Assembly (NCBI RefSeq): GCF_010671945.1
Contig: NZ_JAAHIE010000031.1
Location: 1-33,033, forward strand
Direction of reading: 5' to 3'
Length of the DNA: 33,033 bases
Source of the DNA: Moorena sp. SIO4E2
Lineage (GTDB): Bacteria; Cyanobacteriota; Cyanobacteriia; Cyanobacteriales; Coleofasciculaceae
Every line of letters starts with the position of its first letter. The stretch's first letter is position 1. The translations under genes and the position numbers were made by a program. Positions 1-11,110 of the stretch are shown piece after piece. The notes beneath the pieces are model-generated. The model had not been told where the DNA came from and did no database searches. It saw only the letters and a program-made list of their open reading frames with translations.

Positions 1-1240
1 CACCTAATCCCCTAAATGTGGTTACACCAGTGGCGCTTTCGACTGCAGTTGGTACTACAGCTACCAGTCCTAGGAAAATTGCTCCTAATAAGGTCAGTCG
101 GTTCAAAACTCTCTCTATATATTCACTGGTAGCCCTTCCTGGTCGAATACCAGGGATACTCGCCCCCATTTTCTTCAAATTCTGGGACATATCTACTGGG
201 TTTATAATCAGGGAGGCGTAGAAGTAGCTAAAGAACAAAATCAAGACTAAATAGACAGCAACATAGACCCAAGGAGTTTGACCATTGGGGTTGAGATAAT
301 TGGCAATCTGAATTAGAACTTGATTGATTGGGGCTAACAATCCATTGCTATTATCGCCACTAGTTATCCCAGCTAGAGATGTGGGTAGGATTAAGACGGC
401 TGAAGCAAAGATAATTGGCATCACGCCACCTTGGTTTAGCCTTAGGGGCAAATAATTTTTCCGCTCCCGGTAAAGGCGCTTACCAACTTGACGTCTGGCA
501 GTAATAATCGGAATGCGTCGGCTGCCTTCTTGCACAAAGACAATACCGACAATCATGACTAGGAAAACTAACAGCAGCACAATTACCTTACCCACTGTTT
601 CTCGACCGCCGGTCTGAGCCAGTTCAATGGTTTGACCCAAGGTGCGGGGCAAAACAGCAACAATATTGACAAAAATCAACAGTGAAGCTCCGTTGCCAAT
701 GCCTCGTTCGGTAATTAACTCTGATAGCCACATCACGAACATAGAGCCAGCCGTGAGGGCAAGGACAGTTTCAAACACGAAGAATGCGCCTGGTTCAACA
801 GCAAAGCGCTGTGCCCACAACGATAAGCCAATACTTTGAATCACAGACCAGCCTAGGGCAACATAACGGGTAATCTGACCGATTTTTCGACGCCCTGCTT
901 CACCTTCGTTTTTCTGCAAATTTTCTAAAGCAGGAATTGCTGCCGTTAGCAGTTGTAGGATAATCGAAGCATTAATATAAGGCAAAATTCCCAAGGCAAA
1001 AATCCCTAGGGCGGAAAAACCACCACCAGAGAAAAAGTCCAAAAGACCTACAAACGGGCTATTCTGGAGTTCTGCTGAAAATCTGGCTCGATCAATTCCT
1101 GGTACAGGAAGAAAGACACCCAAGCGGGCTAAAATTAACAAACCAACGGTGACAAGCAGCCGACCTCTAAGGCCAGCCGCTTGAGCCATTTGCATAAACG
1201 TCTCTTGAGCAGTTGGGGCTTTGTCTCGACTGACAGTCAT
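1..1240 (-). CDS. secY: Preprotein translocase subunit SecY. Partial: ATG at 1240-1238, C-terminal ~25 aa fall before the window start.
   Basis: Minus-strand translation from 1240 reads MTVSRDKAPTAQETFMQMAQAAGLRGRLLVTVGLLILARLG..., the typical SecY N-terminus with multi-TM character. It runs uninterrupted to the window edge. Located downstream of rplO as in the canonical spc operon. Confidence 0.9.
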   Translation of the reverse strand, partial: MTVSRDKAPTAQETFMQMAQAAGLRGRLLVTVGLLILARLGVFLPVPGIDRARFSAELQNSPFVGLLDFFSGGGFSALGIFALGILPYINASIILQLLTAAIPALENLQKNEGEAGRRKIGQITRYVALGWSVIQSIGLSLWAQRFAVEPGAFFVFETVLALTAGSMFVMWLSELITERGIGNGASLLIFVNIVAVLPRTLGQTIELAQTGGRETVGKVIVLLLVFLVMIVGIVFVQEGSRRIPIITARRQVGKRLYRERKNYLPLRLNQGGVMPIIFASAVLILPTSLAGITSGDNSNGLLAPINQVLIQIANYLNPNGQTPWVYVAVYLVLILFFSYFYASLIINPVDMSQNLKKMGASIPGIRPGRATSEYIERVLNRLTLLGAIFLGLVAVVPTAVESATGVTTFRGLG

Positions 1241-1284
1241 TTAAGGTACCTCTTGAAGATACAGGAGCATAAGGGCTAAAGGGG

Positions 1285-1734
1285 TTACTTAGCTATAACT
1301 TCCCAGCTGCCACCAGCCGCCTCGATTTTTTGGCGGGCACCACTTGTAAAGGCAGCAGCTTTTATATTGAGTGGCACATTCAGCTCCCCATCACCGAGTA
1401 GTTTCAATGGACCATCATTGGTGGTGACCACACCTGTCTCCAACAATGATTCCAAAGTTACCTCAGTATTGGCGGGAAGTGAGGCCAACTTACCTACGTT
1501 GATTGTAGTGTAATGTTTGGGGTTAATGACCGTAAAGTGTTTTAACTTGGGGATACGGCGATATAAGGGCATCTGACCCCCTTCAAAACCAGGTCTTGTC
1601 CCTCGACCTGAACGGGATTTTTGACCACGCATTCCAAAACCGCAGCTAGCCCCTTGACCAGCGGCAATGCCACGACCTACACGGCGTCGGCGCTTTTTGG
1701 AGCCTTTTTTTGGGACTGCATCATTGATTCTCAT
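1285..1734 (-). CDS. rplO: 50S ribosomal protein L15
   Basis: 149 aa. The Gly/Arg-rich N-terminus [16 protein letters not shown]...[21 protein letters not shown] is diagnostic of L15. Sits between rpsE and secY. Confidence 0.93.
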   Translation of the reverse strand: MRINDAVPKKGSKKRRRRVGRGIAAGQGASCGFGMRGQKSRSGRGTRPGFEGGQMPLYRRIPKLKHFTVINPKHYTTINVGKLASLPANTEVTLESLLETGVVTTNDGPLKLLGDGELNVPLNIKAAAFTSGARQKIEAAGGSWEVIAK

Positions 1735-1841
1735 CGATCGTTTTTTGTAAGGGTGAAAATGTTTTTTTTAAGATTGACGGCTGACGCTAAACCGTCAACC
1801 TTGAGCATATTACTTTTATTTCTAGCTACCTGGTTTTTAAT

Positions 1842-2363
1842 TTATGCATAGATTTGTTCAAGGGGAATGTCTCGTTCTTGAGCCACCTCTGAAAATGTGC
1901 GTAGGGAATCAAGAGAGTTGATTGCTGCTCTAGCATTATTGAGGGGGTTATTGGAACCAAGCTGTTTAGCTAAGACATTTTTAACTCCAGCTAACTCAAG
2001 TACTGTGCGCACAGCACCCCCAGCAATTACCCCAGTTCCGGGAGCAGCAGGTCGCATGATTACTTTGGCTCCCACCGCCCTACCTCTAGATGGGTGAGGA
2101 ATGGAATTAGTTTTGGTTAAGGGTACATCAATGAGTTGCTTTTTGGCATCAGCAACTCCTTTACGGACAGCACCAATTACATCACTGGCTTTGCCTACAC
2201 CAACCCCCACTTGACCTTTTTCATTACCTACAACTACGATGGCCCGGAAGCTCAACTTTTTGCCCCCTTTGACCACCTTACTAACGCGGCGGATTTGGAT
2301 AACCCGCTCTTGCCAATTACTTTCTTTTTCTTTAGAGCGGTTGTTTTTTCTACGATTTGCCAT
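1842..2363 (-). CDS. rpsE: 30S ribosomal protein S5
   Basis: 173 aa. The motifs [34 protein letters not shown] and [19 protein letters not shown] are S5 signatures. Confidence 0.94.
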   Translation of the reverse strand: MANRRKNNRSKEKESNWQERVIQIRRVSKVVKGGKKLSFRAIVVVGNEKGQVGVGVGKASDVIGAVRKGVADAKKQLIDVPLTKTNSIPHPSRGRAVGAKVIMRPAAPGTGVIAGGAVRTVLELAGVKNVLAKQLGSNNPLNNARAAINSLDSLRTFSEVAQERDIPLEQIYA

Positions 2364-2477
2364 AGTTCGCTAGAAATTAAATCATGATAGTAAGTATTCA
2401 AAGATTAGCTAATTTATAGTTGCTAATTTTTAACTGTTAATTTCAATTTTCAGTTGTTAATTGTCAATTAGCATTTA

Positions 2478-2840
2478 CTAAAAATCTAGCCCTGCTTCAC
2501 GAGCAGCTTCTGCTAAAGCTTTGACACGACCATGATATAGGTAGCCCCCACGGTCAAAGACCACTTTCTTGAGACCTTTTTCTAGTGCTCGTTGGGCAAC
2601 CAACTGACCCACTTTAGCTGAGGCTTCACAGGTGGCTCCAGATTTGATTTCAGATCTCAGAGCTGGTTCTAAAGTTGAAGCTGCCACTATGGTATGTTGC
2701 TGATTGTCATCGATAACTTGCACATAAATGTGCTCATTAGAGCGAAATACAGCTAATCTTGGGCGTTCAGCAGTACCACTGACTTTCCGGCGTACCCGCC
2801 TATGTCTGTGTCGTATAGATTCTTTTCGAGTAAGTTTCAT
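2478..2840 (-). CDS. rplR: 50S ribosomal protein L18
   Basis: 120 aa. [20 protein letters not shown]...[26 protein letters not shown] is the typical L18 sequence. Confidence 0.94.
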   Translation of the reverse strand: MKLTRKESIRHRHRRVRRKVSGTAERPRLAVFRSNEHIYVQVIDDNQQHTIVAASTLEPALRSEIKSGATCEASAKVGQLVAQRALEKGLKKVVFDRGGYLYHGRVKALAEAAREAGLDF

Positions 2841-2843
2841 AGT

Positions 2844-3383
2844 TTACTTCTTACCTGCTTTACCAGCTTTACGTCTGACTATTTCACCGGCATATCGAAT
2901 GCCTTTACCTTTATAGACTTCTGGGGGTCGAACTGCACGAATTTTTGCAGCTGTGTTGCCTACAACTTCTTTGTTGATGCCACTGACAATCACGTTGGTG
3001 TTGTTTTCAACTTTGACTTGAATCCCCTCAGGAGGAACGATCTCCACTGGCTTGCTGTAACCAACGTTTAAAATCAGATTACGACCCTGCACTTGAGCTC
3101 GATAACCGACTCCCTGAATGTCCAAACGTTTTTCAAACCCTTTGGAGACTCCCTCAATCATGTTGGCAACCAAAGTGCGAGACAAACCATGACTTTCACG
3201 GGCGGTTCGGGTTTCTTCGCGCCGGGAAACCTGTACAGTTTCACCAACTTGCTCAGCTTTAATTGTATCTGGCAAAACCCAATCCAGTTCACCTTTGGAA
3301 CCTTTGACCTTCACCTGTTGACCGTCTATTGTTACAGTAACTTTACTGGGAATTGGTATAGGGCGCTTGCCAATACGTGACAT
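2844..3383 (-). CDS. rplF: 50S ribosomal protein L6
   Basis: 179 aa. [33 protein letters not shown] is the typical L6 N-terminus. Lies 3 nt from rplR. Confidence 0.94.
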   Translation of the reverse strand: MSRIGKRPIPIPSKVTVTIDGQQVKVKGSKGELDWVLPDTIKAEQVGETVQVSRREETRTARESHGLSRTLVANMIEGVSKGFEKRLDIQGVGYRAQVQGRNLILNVGYSKPVEIVPPEGIQVKVENNTNVIVSGINKEVVGNTAAKIRAVRPPEVYKGKGIRYAGEIVRRKAGKAGKK

Positions 3384-3396
3384 AAAATTATCCTCC

Positions 3397-3650
3397 TAAC
3401 TAAAGAAGTATGAAATATAAAGTATGAAGTATGAAGTATGAAGTATGTCATGAATTGGTTAATCAGCTAATCCGATCAATCCTAGGTTGGCCCAAGGACC
3501 GTTTGGCATATACTGAGCTGATTATTGCTCGAACTGATGCTCTAATCTACAGGGGCTTCCAGCTGATAGCTGGCAAGCCTAGATTTTTAAGTAGCGAGTC
3601 AGCTGACGGCTCTTAGTAGATCCTTCATCCTTCATGCTTCATCCTTTACC
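3397..3650. repeat. STRR-type heptamer tandem repeats in the rpsH-rplF spacer
   Basis: (GTATGAA)x5 at 3397-3445 and CCTTCAT-type heptamers at 3615-3650. The spacer is unusually long (262 nt). Confidence 0.85.
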
Positions 3651-4047
3651 ATACGTAACACAGAACTTCACCACCAATTCCCCGACGCCTTGCTTCCCTG
3701 TCGGTCATGATGCCATTAGAAGTAGAGATAATAGCAATCCCAATCCCTCCCAAGACTCTTGGCAGTTCTTTACGGTTGGAGTAAACTCGCAATCCAGGTT
3801 TACTCACCCGCTTCAGGGCTCTGATAATTGGTTTGCGATTGTTGCCCTTGTATTTTAGGGAAACAACTAAGTATTTTTTGACCCCTTCGCCTGCTTCCTC
3901 AAAATCAGTAATAAAGCCTTCTTCTTTGAGTACTTGGGCAATCGCCCGGGTCATTTTAGTTGATTGTACATTTGTTGTTTGATGCCGAACCAAGCAGGCA
4001 TTTCTAATGCGGGTCAGCATATCTGCAATTGTGTCGTTTGCCGGCAT
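3646..4047 (-). CDS. rpsH: 30S ribosomal protein S8
   Basis: 133 aa. [17 protein letters not shown]...GGEVLCYVW matches S8. Confidence 0.94.
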   Translation of the reverse strand: MPANDTIADMLTRIRNACLVRHQTTNVQSTKMTRAIAQVLKEEGFITDFEEAGEGVKKYLVVSLKYKGNNRKPIIRALKRVSKPGLRVYSNRKELPRVLGGIGIAIISTSNGIMTDREARRRGIGGEVLCYVW

Positions 4048-4070
4048 TGTTCCTTCCTATGATTACAGGC

Positions 4071-4616
4071 TTATTTATCCCGGAAAGGCATTCCCATCTC
4101 TTTGAGTAAGGCGCGACCTTCTTCGTCAGTGTTGGCAGTGGTGACTATGGTAATATCCATACCACGAATCTGATCGATGCTGTCGTAGTCTACTTCTGGA
4201 AAAATGAGTTGCTCTCGCACCCCAAGAGTGTAGTTACCACGACCGTCAAAGCTTCTAGGGCTAAGACCCCGAAAGTCCCGAATTCTTGGTAGGGCTAAGT
4301 TAATTAGCCGCTCTAGAAAGGAGTACATACGCTCTGAACGGAGGGTAACCGTGACACCAACAGGCATCCCGGCACGGATTTTAAAACCCGCGATCGCTTG
4401 TTTTGCTCGTGTGACCACCGGTTTTTGACCGGTGATTATGGCAATTTCGTTTACCGATGATTCCAGAGCCTTGGCATTTTGAGATGCCTCTCCTAATCCT
4501 CGGTTAAGACTAACTTTGACTAATTTCGGTACTTGATGAATGTTTTTGTAACCGAATTGCTCTTTTAATTTGGGGACTATTGTTTCCTGGTATAGGATTT
4601 TTAACCCTTTTGTCAT
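4071..4616 (-). CDS. rplE: 50S ribosomal protein L5
   Basis: 181 aa, typical L5 sequence (...[40 protein letters not shown]...). Confidence 0.94.
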   Translation of the reverse strand: MTKGLKILYQETIVPKLKEQFGYKNIHQVPKLVKVSLNRGLGEASQNAKALESSVNEIAIITGQKPVVTRAKQAIAGFKIRAGMPVGVTVTLRSERMYSFLERLINLALPRIRDFRGLSPRSFDGRGNYTLGVREQLIFPEVDYDSIDQIRGMDITIVTTANTDEEGRALLKEMGMPFRDK

Positions 4617-4654
4617 AGTTTTTTTCCTTTGATTTCCCTGGGCTTGGTCAGGGC

Positions 4655-4712
4655 AATTGTCATTAGTTATTAGTCATTGGTCATTGACCATTAGCCATTA
4701 GTAACTGAATAA
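4655..4712. repeat. STRR heptamer repeats (CATTAGT/CATTGGT/CATTGAC/CATTAGC) in the rplX-rplE spacer
   Basis: Direct reading of tandem heptamers with single-base variants. Confidence 0.85.
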
Positions 4713-5075
4713 TTAGTCAATAATCTCACCAGTTTTTTTGAGCATCCGCACCTTCCGACCATCGTCGGTAAAGGTATAGCAGATGCGGCTAGCAATTTTT
4801 TCTTTATTCGAGTAAAGCATAACGTTGGAGCTATGGATTGGAGCTTCAAACGTAGCAATTTGACCTTTCTCACCTTCTTGTTGAGGCTTGACATGCTTAG
4901 TTTTGACGTTAACTCCTTTGACTACTACCTTGCTAATTTTGGGTAGCGTCCGCAAAATTTCTCCAATTTTGCCTTTATCTCGACCGGCAATCACTTGTAC
5001 CGTGTCGCCCTTTTTAACGTGCATTTTGTAGCGTAATGGGGTATCAGTTTGTGCCTTCTGGTGTTTAATTGGCAT
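4713..5075 (-). CDS. rplX: 50S ribosomal protein L24
   Basis: 120 aa. [24 protein letters not shown] is the L24 KOW motif. The start overlaps the rplN stop. Confidence 0.9.
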   Translation of the reverse strand: MPIKHQKAQTDTPLRYKMHVKKGDTVQVIAGRDKGKIGEILRTLPKISKVVVKGVNVKTKHVKPQQEGEKGQIATFEAPIHSSNVMLYSNKEKIASRICYTFTDDGRKVRMLKKTGEIID

Positions 5076-5443
5076 CAGAGTACCTCCGGAGCAAGGGATA
5101 TAATTTTTGTGAAGTTTTTCTCTCGCAGTTCCCGCGCTACAGGGCCAAAAACGCGGGTCCCTCTGGGATTGCCATCTGGGTTTATGATTACTGCTGCGTT
5201 GTCATCAAAGCGAATACTCATACCGCTTTCCCGACGTAGCCCCTTGCGGGTGCGCACAATCACAGCCCTAACTACATCTGACTTTTTGACGCCCATATTT
5301 GGAATGGCATCTTTGACCACACCAATAATTACATCACCCACACCGCCGTAGCGCCGATTTCCTGCACCAATAACGCGGATGCACATTATTTTTCTGGCTC
5401 CACTGTTGTCAGCAACGTTTAGGTAGCTCTCTTGTTGAATCAT
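5075..5443 (-). CDS. rplN: 50S ribosomal protein L14
   Basis: 122 aa. [24 protein letters not shown] matches L14. Confidence 0.95.
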   Translation of the reverse strand: MIQQESYLNVADNSGARKIMCIRVIGAGNRRYGGVGDVIIGVVKDAIPNMGVKKSDVVRAVIVRTRKGLRRESGMSIRFDDNAAVIINPDGNPRGTRVFGPVARELREKNFTKIISLAPEVL

Positions 5444-5594
5444 CAGTGTTCCTCCTCTAATAGAGTAATGAGTTATGAGTTAAACGAGTTATTAGTTAAA
5501 CATTGCTAAGTTTCCAATTCCGAAAGGATTTTCTTCCGAGATCTCACGCACATTGGTAGGTCGTGGAAAACCCACATCGACTAGGGTTAACTCG

Positions 5595-5843
5595 CTATTT
5601 TGAGGAACTACTGACGATTTCAGCAACCATCCAGCGTTTGGTACGACTCAGTGGTCGTGTTTCTCTAATCCGAACGCGATCGCCTTCTTTACATTTATTT
5701 TCCTCATCATGAGCTTTGTATCGCTTGGTACGCACAACAATTTTGCCGTACTTTGGGTGGGGAGACCTATTTTCAATAGCCACCACCACAGTTTTGTTCA
5801 TTTTGTCGCTGACCACCAGGCCAACTCTCTCTTTTGCTGCCAT
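5595..5843 (-). CDS. rpsQ: 30S ribosomal protein S17
   Basis: 82 aa. ...[31 protein letters not shown]... matches S17. Confidence 0.93.
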   Translation of the reverse strand: MAAKERVGLVVSDKMNKTVVVAIENRSPHPKYGKIVVRTKRYKAHDEENKCKEGDRVRIRETRPLSRTKRWMVAEIVSSSSK

Positions 5844-5851
5844 ACTATTCC

Positions 5852-6136
5852 TTATGCTTCTGATTCTGATTGTGGGGTATCACTTTGTTCTGATTGTGGG
5901 GTATCACTTTGTGAGGTATCTGTTGATTCTTTCTGTTTAGCGAGTTGGCGTTCTCGTTCTACTGTCATTAGCTGAGCGATTCGGTGCTTAAGATGCTTAA
6001 ACTGGTGAGGTTTTTCTAAGCGTTTGGTTGCCTTTTGCAGGCGCAAGTCAAACAACTGACGCTTAGCTGCTAAGATTTCCTGCTCTAGTTCGGCATCGCT
6101 CAGGCTTCTAGCATCTTCTATCTTGGGCAGAGCCAT
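5852..6136 (-). CDS. rpmC: 50S ribosomal protein L29, carrying a C-terminal Ser/Thr/Gln/Asp-rich repeat extension
   Basis: The N-terminal 65 aa ([55 protein letters not shown]) match L29. The tail [15 protein letters not shown] is encoded by a perfect 24-bp tandem duplication. Confidence 0.9.
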   Translation of the reverse strand: MALPKIEDARSLSDAELEQEILAAKRQLFDLRLQKATKRLEKPHQFKHLKHRIAQLMTVERERQLAKQKESTDTSQSDTPQSEQSDTPQSESEA

Positions 6137-6139
6137 AGC

Positions 6140-6559
6140 TTATACCTGTTCCCCTTCACGAGAAATGAACTTCAATTTAATGGGAAATTTGTTCGCAGCC
6201 AGACGCATGGCTTCCCGAGCCACCTCTTCGCTTACCCCAGCGATTTCATAGATAATCCGACCGGGTTTAACTACTGCTACCCAAAACTCTGGGGAACCTT
6301 TTCCAGAACCCATACGAGTTTCTGCTGGACGCATGGTGACTGGTTTATCTGGGAAAATTCGAATCCAGATTTTGCCACCACGACGAACGTAGCGCGTCAT
6401 TGCCCGACGACCTGCTTCGATTTGGCGGGAGGTAATCCAAGCTGGTTCTGTGGCTTGCAGGGCATAATCACCAAAGTTAATGGTACTGCCACGAGTGGCC
6501 ATACCCTTCATTCGTCCCCGGTGCTGTTTGCGATATTTTGTTCTTTTTGGACTTAACAT
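6140..6559 (-). CDS. rplP: 50S ribosomal protein L16. Start taken at the internal ATG 6559-6557 giving [15 protein letters not shown].
   Basis: Typical L16 sequence. The ORF-track start at 6604 adds 15 non-conserved residues. Confidence 0.92.
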   Translation of the reverse strand: MLSPKRTKYRKQHRGRMKGMATRGSTINFGDYALQATEPAWITSRQIEAGRRAMTRYVRRGGKIWIRIFPDKPVTMRPAETRMGSGKGSPEFWVAVVKPGRIIYEIAGVSEEVAREAMRLAANKFPIKLKFISREGEQV

Positions 6560-6644
6560 AATTTGTTCTTTGTTAATTGAAAATCGAAAATTGAAAACTG
6601 ACAATTAACAAGCAAGCAATTTTCAAAATACTAGTGAGTCATTA

Positions 6645-7370
6645 CTAGTCATTTGAGCGGTCTTCAAACTGCTGGCGGCGTTTTGGCTGACGGCGACGAG
6701 GTTGAGCTGTGTTAGGGGTAGGCTTTTCTTCTTGACCGGGAATCACTTCCCCTTTGAACACCCAAACTTTAATGCCCAAAATTCCATAAATGGTTTGGGC
6801 CGTTTTGTAGGAATAGTCAATATTTGCCCGGAGGGTATGGAGGGGCACTCGTCCTTCACGAGTCCACTCGGTTCGGGCAATTTCAGCTCCATTTAACCGA
6901 CCACCTACCTGAACTTTAATCCCTTGGACATCAGCCCGCTGAGCCCGCTGAATTGCTTGACGAACCACTCGTCTGAAGGAAACTCGGCGCTCTAGCTGTT
7001 GGGCAATGTACTCGGCAATTAGGGTAGCATCTGCATCCACCCGTGATACTTCCACGACATTGATACGAATCTGACGATTGTTGCCCAGGGATTTTTGCAG
7101 ACCGACACGCAAAGACTCAATACCACTGCCACCACGACCAACAACTACTCCAGGTCGAGCTGTATGAATTTCTAAATCAATCTGGTCAGCTTTGCGCTCA
7201 ATCCGGATGTCGGAAATTCCAGCATTATTGAGGTTTTTGTCAACATATTGTCTGATTTGATAATCTTCCTGCAACAGAAGCGGATAACGCTTTGAGTCGG
7301 CAAACCAGCGAGAGCGATGCTCTTGCGTGATACCTAGCCGAAAACCAATTGGATGTATTTTCTGTCCCAC
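6645..7370 (-). CDS. rpsC: 30S ribosomal protein S3, with a basic Pro/Arg/Gln-rich C-terminal tail
   Basis: 241 aa. [24 protein letters not shown]... with a KH-domain body. The tail reads ...[31 protein letters not shown]. Confidence 0.93.
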   Translation of the reverse strand: MGQKIHPIGFRLGITQEHRSRWFADSKRYPLLLQEDYQIRQYVDKNLNNAGISDIRIERKADQIDLEIHTARPGVVVGRGGSGIESLRVGLQKSLGNNRQIRINVVEVSRVDADATLIAEYIAQQLERRVSFRRVVRQAIQRAQRADVQGIKVQVGGRLNGAEIARTEWTREGRVPLHTLRANIDYSYKTAQTIYGILGIKVWVFKGEVIPGQEEKPTPNTAQPRRRQPKRRQQFEDRSND

Positions 7371-7446
7371 TGTTCTTTTCTTTCCCTATTATCTAGCCAT
7401 AGCGCTATTAGTGTTCACCCTTGGTAATGCTCAATCAACTCACTAA

Positions 7447-7806
7447 CTAATCATCTACTTCTGGAGAAACAGCCACCGTGATATGGCAGGTTGGCTTGCG
7501 AATCTGATAAGCACGACCTTGAGCTCTTGGTCGATACCGCTTCAAGCTTGGTCCCATATCCGCAAAAGCTTTAGTGATGTATAAGCTAGCTGGGTCAATC
7601 CCTGCATTGTGTTCAGCATTGGCAACAGCGGAGCGTAGTACTTTCAAGACTGGTTGACAAGCCCGGTAGGGCATAAATTCCAGAATGATCAGAGCTTCCC
7701 GATAGGAACGCCCCCGAATTTGGTCAAGTACTCGCCTCACTTTACTTGGAGACATCCGAATGTAGCGTGCGATCGCTTTAGTTTCTGCTGTAGTGTCTAT
7801 CGCCAT
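7447..7806 (-). CDS. rplV: 50S ribosomal protein L22
   Basis: 119 aa. ...[38 protein letters not shown]... matches L22. Confidence 0.93.
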   Translation of the reverse strand: MAIDTTAETKAIARYIRMSPSKVRRVLDQIRGRSYREALIILEFMPYRACQPVLKVLRSAVANAEHNAGIDPASLYITKAFADMGPSLKRYRPRAQGRAYQIRKPTCHITVAVSPEVDD

Positions 7807-7856
7807 CGTTCCATCATTTGCTTTCTTTATAGCTACTAACTACTGAACTAATCACT

Positions 7857-8132
7857 TTAACGACGGGCCTTACCATCCTTAACATGTCCCCGAAATGTTC
7901 GAGTCGGGGCAAATTCGCCCAGCTTATGACCTACCATCTGCTCATTGATAAAAACTGGTACATGTGTCCGCCCGTTATGAACGGCAATGGTGTGACCAAC
8001 CATCTGCGGCACAATGGTCGAGGCTCTTGACCAGGTTTTAATCACCTGTTTTTCACCTTTAGCATTCAAGGTTTCAATCTTAGTCAGAAGACTATCGGCT
8101 ATAAAAGGACCTTTTTTTAATGAACGACCCAT
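7857..8132 (-). CDS. rpsS: 30S ribosomal protein S19
   Basis: 91 aa. [20 protein letters not shown]...[11 protein letters not shown] matches S19. Confidence 0.94.
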   Translation of the reverse strand: MGRSLKKGPFIADSLLTKIETLNAKGEKQVIKTWSRASTIVPQMVGHTIAVHNGRTHVPVFINEQMVGHKLGEFAPTRTFRGHVKDGKARR

Positions 8133-8139
8133 AATTCAA

Positions 8140-8215
8140 CGCTCGTTAGTTTTTAGTTGTTAGTTGGTAGTTAATAGTTGCTAGTTGGTAGTGATTAGTT
8201 GCTATTTACAACGTT
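8140..8215. repeat. STRR heptamer repeats (TAGTTGG/TAGTTGC/TAGTTAA) in the rplB-rpsS spacer
   Basis: Direct reading. Confidence 0.85.
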
Positions 8216-8243
8216 TAACCTGCTAACTTTAACGTTCAACTCC

Positions 8244-9107
8244 TTAAGAATCGCGACCACCGCGCCCTCGCTTAGAGGATTTCCGCCTACGCCGGACAAT
8301 TAAAGAACTACTTTGCTTTTTGGCCTTACGAGTTTTGGCTCCCAAGGCTGGTTTCCCCCAGGGGGTCACTGGACCGCTTCTACCAATAGGAGCTCTACCC
8401 TCACCACCGCCATGGGGGTGATCTACCGGGTTCATTACACTGCCCCTTACTTGGGGACGACGGCCTCTATGTCGATTGCGACCAGCTTTACCTAAACTCA
8501 AGTTTCTGGCTTCAACATTACCGACCTGTCCAATAGTGGCGTAGCATTCTTTACGCAACATCCTGACTTCACTAGACGGCAGCTTTAGGGTGACATAGTC
8601 ACCTTCTTTAGCTTGCACTTGAGCAGTTGCTCCGGCTGCACGGACAATCTGTGCTCCTCGCCCTGGGATCAGTTCAACGTTATGCACGTTGGTGCCTAAG
8701 GGAATATCCTTTAGGGGCAAGGCATTGCCTATTTCGATGGGAGAGTCAGGCCCAGATATAATGGATGACCCCACTTCCAAACCCACAGGATGCAGGATAT
8801 ATCGCTTTTCACCATCTTGATAGTAGAGAAGCGCAATCCTAGCATTCCGATTGGGGTCATACTCAATTGCTGCCACTTTTGCCGGAATATTGTGCTTATC
8901 CCGGCGGAAGTCAATTACCCTGTATAGACGTTTATGTCCGCCACCGCGATGGCGACAGGTAATAACACCGCGATTATTGCGACCTTTTTTACGATGCTTA
9001 GACTTGGTTAGGGATTTTTCTGGCTCAGTCCGAGTAATCTCAGCGAAGTCTGAGACAGTACCCTGACGAGTGCCTGGGGTGTATGGTCTATAGCTACGGA
9101 TGCCCAT
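8244..9107 (-). CDS. rplB: 50S ribosomal protein L2
   Basis: 287 aa. [15 protein letters not shown]...HPHGGGEGR are the typical L2 N-terminus and C-terminal motif. Confidence 0.95.
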   Translation of the reverse strand: MGIRSYRPYTPGTRQGTVSDFAEITRTEPEKSLTKSKHRKKGRNNRGVITCRHRGGGHKRLYRVIDFRRDKHNIPAKVAAIEYDPNRNARIALLYYQDGEKRYILHPVGLEVGSSIISGPDSPIEIGNALPLKDIPLGTNVHNVELIPGRGAQIVRAAGATAQVQAKEGDYVTLKLPSSEVRMLRKECYATIGQVGNVEARNLSLGKAGRNRHRGRRPQVRGSVMNPVDHPHGGGEGRAPIGRSGPVTPWGKPALGAKTRKAKKQSSSLIVRRRRKSSKRGRGGRDS

Positions 9108-9109
9108 AA

Positions 9110-9230
9110 CAAGTATTTTTTACTTAGTTTGTCTTGACTAGTTTGTCTTGACTAGTTTGTCTTAACAATTGACAATCTACCAATTGGCAATTAACCAAAT
9201 TAATAATTAGCAATTAGCAATTAGCCAGTT
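9110..9230. repeat. Tandem 13-mer (TAGTTTGTCTTGAC x3) followed by STRR heptamers (CAATTGG/CAATTAG/CAATTAA) in the rplW-rplB spacer
   Basis: Direct reading. Confidence 0.85.
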
Positions 9231-9533
9231 TTATACGTCTGGGAATAGAGTAATCGAATCTCCTGGAGCTAGGGTAACAATCGCCCGTTTGTACTGGGTT
9301 TTGTAACCTACAAATTTTCCCACTCGACGCTTTTTCCGTGGCGGACGTAGGGTATTTACTGCCACCACTTTCACTTCAAAAAGACTTTCAATCGCGGCTC
9401 TAATTTGTGGCTTTGTCGCTTTGATAATCACATCAAAGACATACTTGTTCTGCTCCATCAGTAGGGTCGCCTTTTCAGTCACAATTGGGCGAATCACCAA
9501 ATCAGCAAGGTCACGGGGGTTATACTCAGTCAT
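9231..9533 (-). CDS. rplW: 50S ribosomal protein L23. Start at ATG 9533, preceded by AGGAGG 7 nt upstream.
   Basis: [35 protein letters not shown] matches L23. The ORF-track start at 9557 is less likely; a strong SD precedes the 9533 start. Confidence 0.9.
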   Translation of the reverse strand: MTEYNPRDLADLVIRPIVTEKATLLMEQNKYVFDVIIKATKPQIRAAIESLFEVKVVAVNTLRPPRKKRRVGKFVGYKTQYKRAIVTLAPGDSITLFPDV

Positions 9534-10158
9534 TGTAAACCTCCTGAATTTTGGCAAGAGCCGTGTTAGTTGTCACGATTTTATCAGCGGCCAGGATATC
9601 ATAGGTATTCAAGTTGGTGGCATAAATCAACTTGACAGTTGCTAGGTTACGGACTGACAAATAAACCTTTTCTTCTGGCTGAGCTAGGATTAGGAGAACT
9701 TTTGACTCAGGCTCAATTCCCCAACGACCAATTGCTGCCACCAAATCCTTGGTCTTGGGTCGTGGTAGTTGCTCAGTAAATTCCTCTACCACAATCAAAT
9801 CCTCTGCTCGACTCATAAACGCTGTTCTCAGAGCCAAGCGACGCTCTTTGCGGTTCATTTTCTGGCTATAGTCTCTGGGTTTCGGACCAAAGATCACACC
9901 ACCACCACGCCATAGGGGTGAACGATTAGAACCAGCACGAGCACGACCGGTTCCCTTTTGTCGCCAAGGTTTGCGTCCTCCACCTCTAACTTCGGAACGA
10001 GTTTTTGTACAAGCATTGCCTTGACGAGCATTGGCCATTTGTCTCACCAGTGACCGGTGAACAATGTGGGCAGCGTTTTCTTCTTTGGCAACTCGCATCT
10101 GGAGTGTTGCCTGCCCTACTTCTTCCCCTTGCCAGTTTCGCACTGAACAATCTACCAT
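9526..10158 (-). CDS. rplD: 50S ribosomal protein L4. Start at ATG 10158, preceded by AAGGAGAGAACA.
   Basis: [27 protein letters not shown]... and [19 protein letters not shown] match L4. Confidence 0.92.
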   Translation of the reverse strand: MVDCSVRNWQGEEVGQATLQMRVAKEENAAHIVHRSLVRQMANARQGNACTKTRSEVRGGGRKPWRQKGTGRARAGSNRSPLWRGGGVIFGPKPRDYSQKMNRKERRLALRTAFMSRAEDLIVVEEFTEQLPRPKTKDLVAAIGRWGIEPESKVLLILAQPEEKVYLSVRNLATVKLIYATNLNTYDILAADKIVTTNTALAKIQEVYND

Positions 10159-10305
10159 TTGTTCTCTCCTTCTTAGCGAGCAAGCGTTTAGCAATTAGCT
10201 GTTAGCTTTTAAGCACTTAGGGGGTGCTAGTAGTAAAAATAAACAGTTACATATACATCAGGCTTACACCTAACGATGAGGGAGCTAATTGCTTTTTCGT
10301 TCTGA

Positions 10306-10941
10306 CTAACGTCCGACTTTATTAGTGGGTGCAATGCTCAAGAGTGTCCCTGGTTTACCGGGAACTGCACCTTTAATCGCTAGCAAATTGCGCTCTTGAT
10401 CTATCTTGACTAGTTCAAGTTTGCGAATTGTCACCTTGGTACCGCCGTAACGACCAGCCATTTTCTTACCTGGATAGGTACGACCAGGGGTTGTCCCTGC
10501 TCCAGTGGAACCTGGAAGGCGGTGGTTTTTGGAACCATGAGCCATCGGTCCTCGCCTGAAGTTGTGACGTTTCTGATAACCCGCGAAGCCACGACCAATG
10601 CTTTTACCGCTGACATCGACAATTTGACCAATACTGAACATATCGGTATTGACTGGCTGACCCAGTTCAAAATTACTGGTATCATCCACGCGGTACTCAC
10701 GTAGGTGGCGTAAGGGTGGGGCGCTGGACTTAGCCAAGTGTCCGATTTCAGGCTTATTAATTGCCTTAGGCTTGACTTGGTCATAACCAATTTGAATGGC
10801 ATTGTAGCCATCTGTCTGGTTAGTTTTTATTTGGGTCACAGTACATGGCCCTGCTTGGACGATGGTTACAGGAATCGCTCTTCCTTCTTCATCGAACACT
10901 TGGGTCATACCGAGTTTGGTACCGAGGATACCGACAGACAC
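10306..10941 (-). CDS. rplC: 50S ribosomal protein L3. GTG start at 10941, preceded by AAAGGAG.
   Basis: (V)[32 protein letters not shown]... matches L3. The ORF-track start at 11076 is a GTG with a 45-aa non-conserved leader. Confidence 0.9.
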   Translation of the reverse strand: MSVGILGTKLGMTQVFDEEGRAIPVTIVQAGPCTVTQIKTNQTDGYNAIQIGYDQVKPKAINKPEIGHLAKSSAPPLRHLREYRVDDTSNFELGQPVNTDMFSIGQIVDVSGKSIGRGFAGYQKRHNFRRGPMAHGSKNHRLPGSTGAGTTPGRTYPGKKMAGRYGGTKVTIRKLELVKIDQERNLLAIKGAVPGKPGTLLSIAPTNKVGR

Positions 10942-11080
10942 GGGTTTCTCCTTTCTAGACATTGCAGCAGTATGGCAGTAGGGATATTCACGAACCTGAA
11001 TTCCCTTTGTGCCACAAACCTGTTCACTATTTATAGTGGATAAACCTCTCCTCAAAAAAATAAGCAGAGAGCCCACTTTT

Positions 11081-11110
11081 ATCTAGCTCGGCATGACGGT
11101 CGAGCTAGAT
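11081..11110 (-). promoter_or_regulatory. Perfect 10-bp-stem hairpin (ATCTAGCTCG-GCATGACGGT-CGAGCTAGAT) in the long 5' leader of the rplC operon
   Basis: Perfect inverted repeat. On the minus-strand transcript a U7 run (TTTTTTT, complement of 11054-11060) follows 20 nt downstream of it. It is ~140 nt upstream of the rplC start and ~470 nt downstream of the antiporter stop. Confidence 0.35.

Noticed and set aside
18-221. 67-aa plus-strand ORF at the window start
   Set aside because: It lies antisense inside secY, has low-complexity composition and shows no homology signal.
3431-3616. 61-aa plus ORF in the rpsH-rplF spacer
   Set aside because: It sits in STRR-rich non-coding spacer on the opposite strand to the operon. 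There is no SD and no homology.
2364-9230. Possible CRISPR arrays among the tandem repeats
   Set aside because: Repeat units are 7-15 bp with no unique spacers of 30-40 bp between them, and no cas genes are present. These are STRR/microsatellite-type repeats, not CRISPR.
11045-11076. GTG start at 11076 and GAGGAGAGG Shine-Dalgarno for rplC, as implied by the ORF track
   Set aside because: The first 45 codons have no L3 similarity. Conserved L3 begins (V)[10 protein letters not shown] at GTG 10941 with its own AAAGGAG SD.
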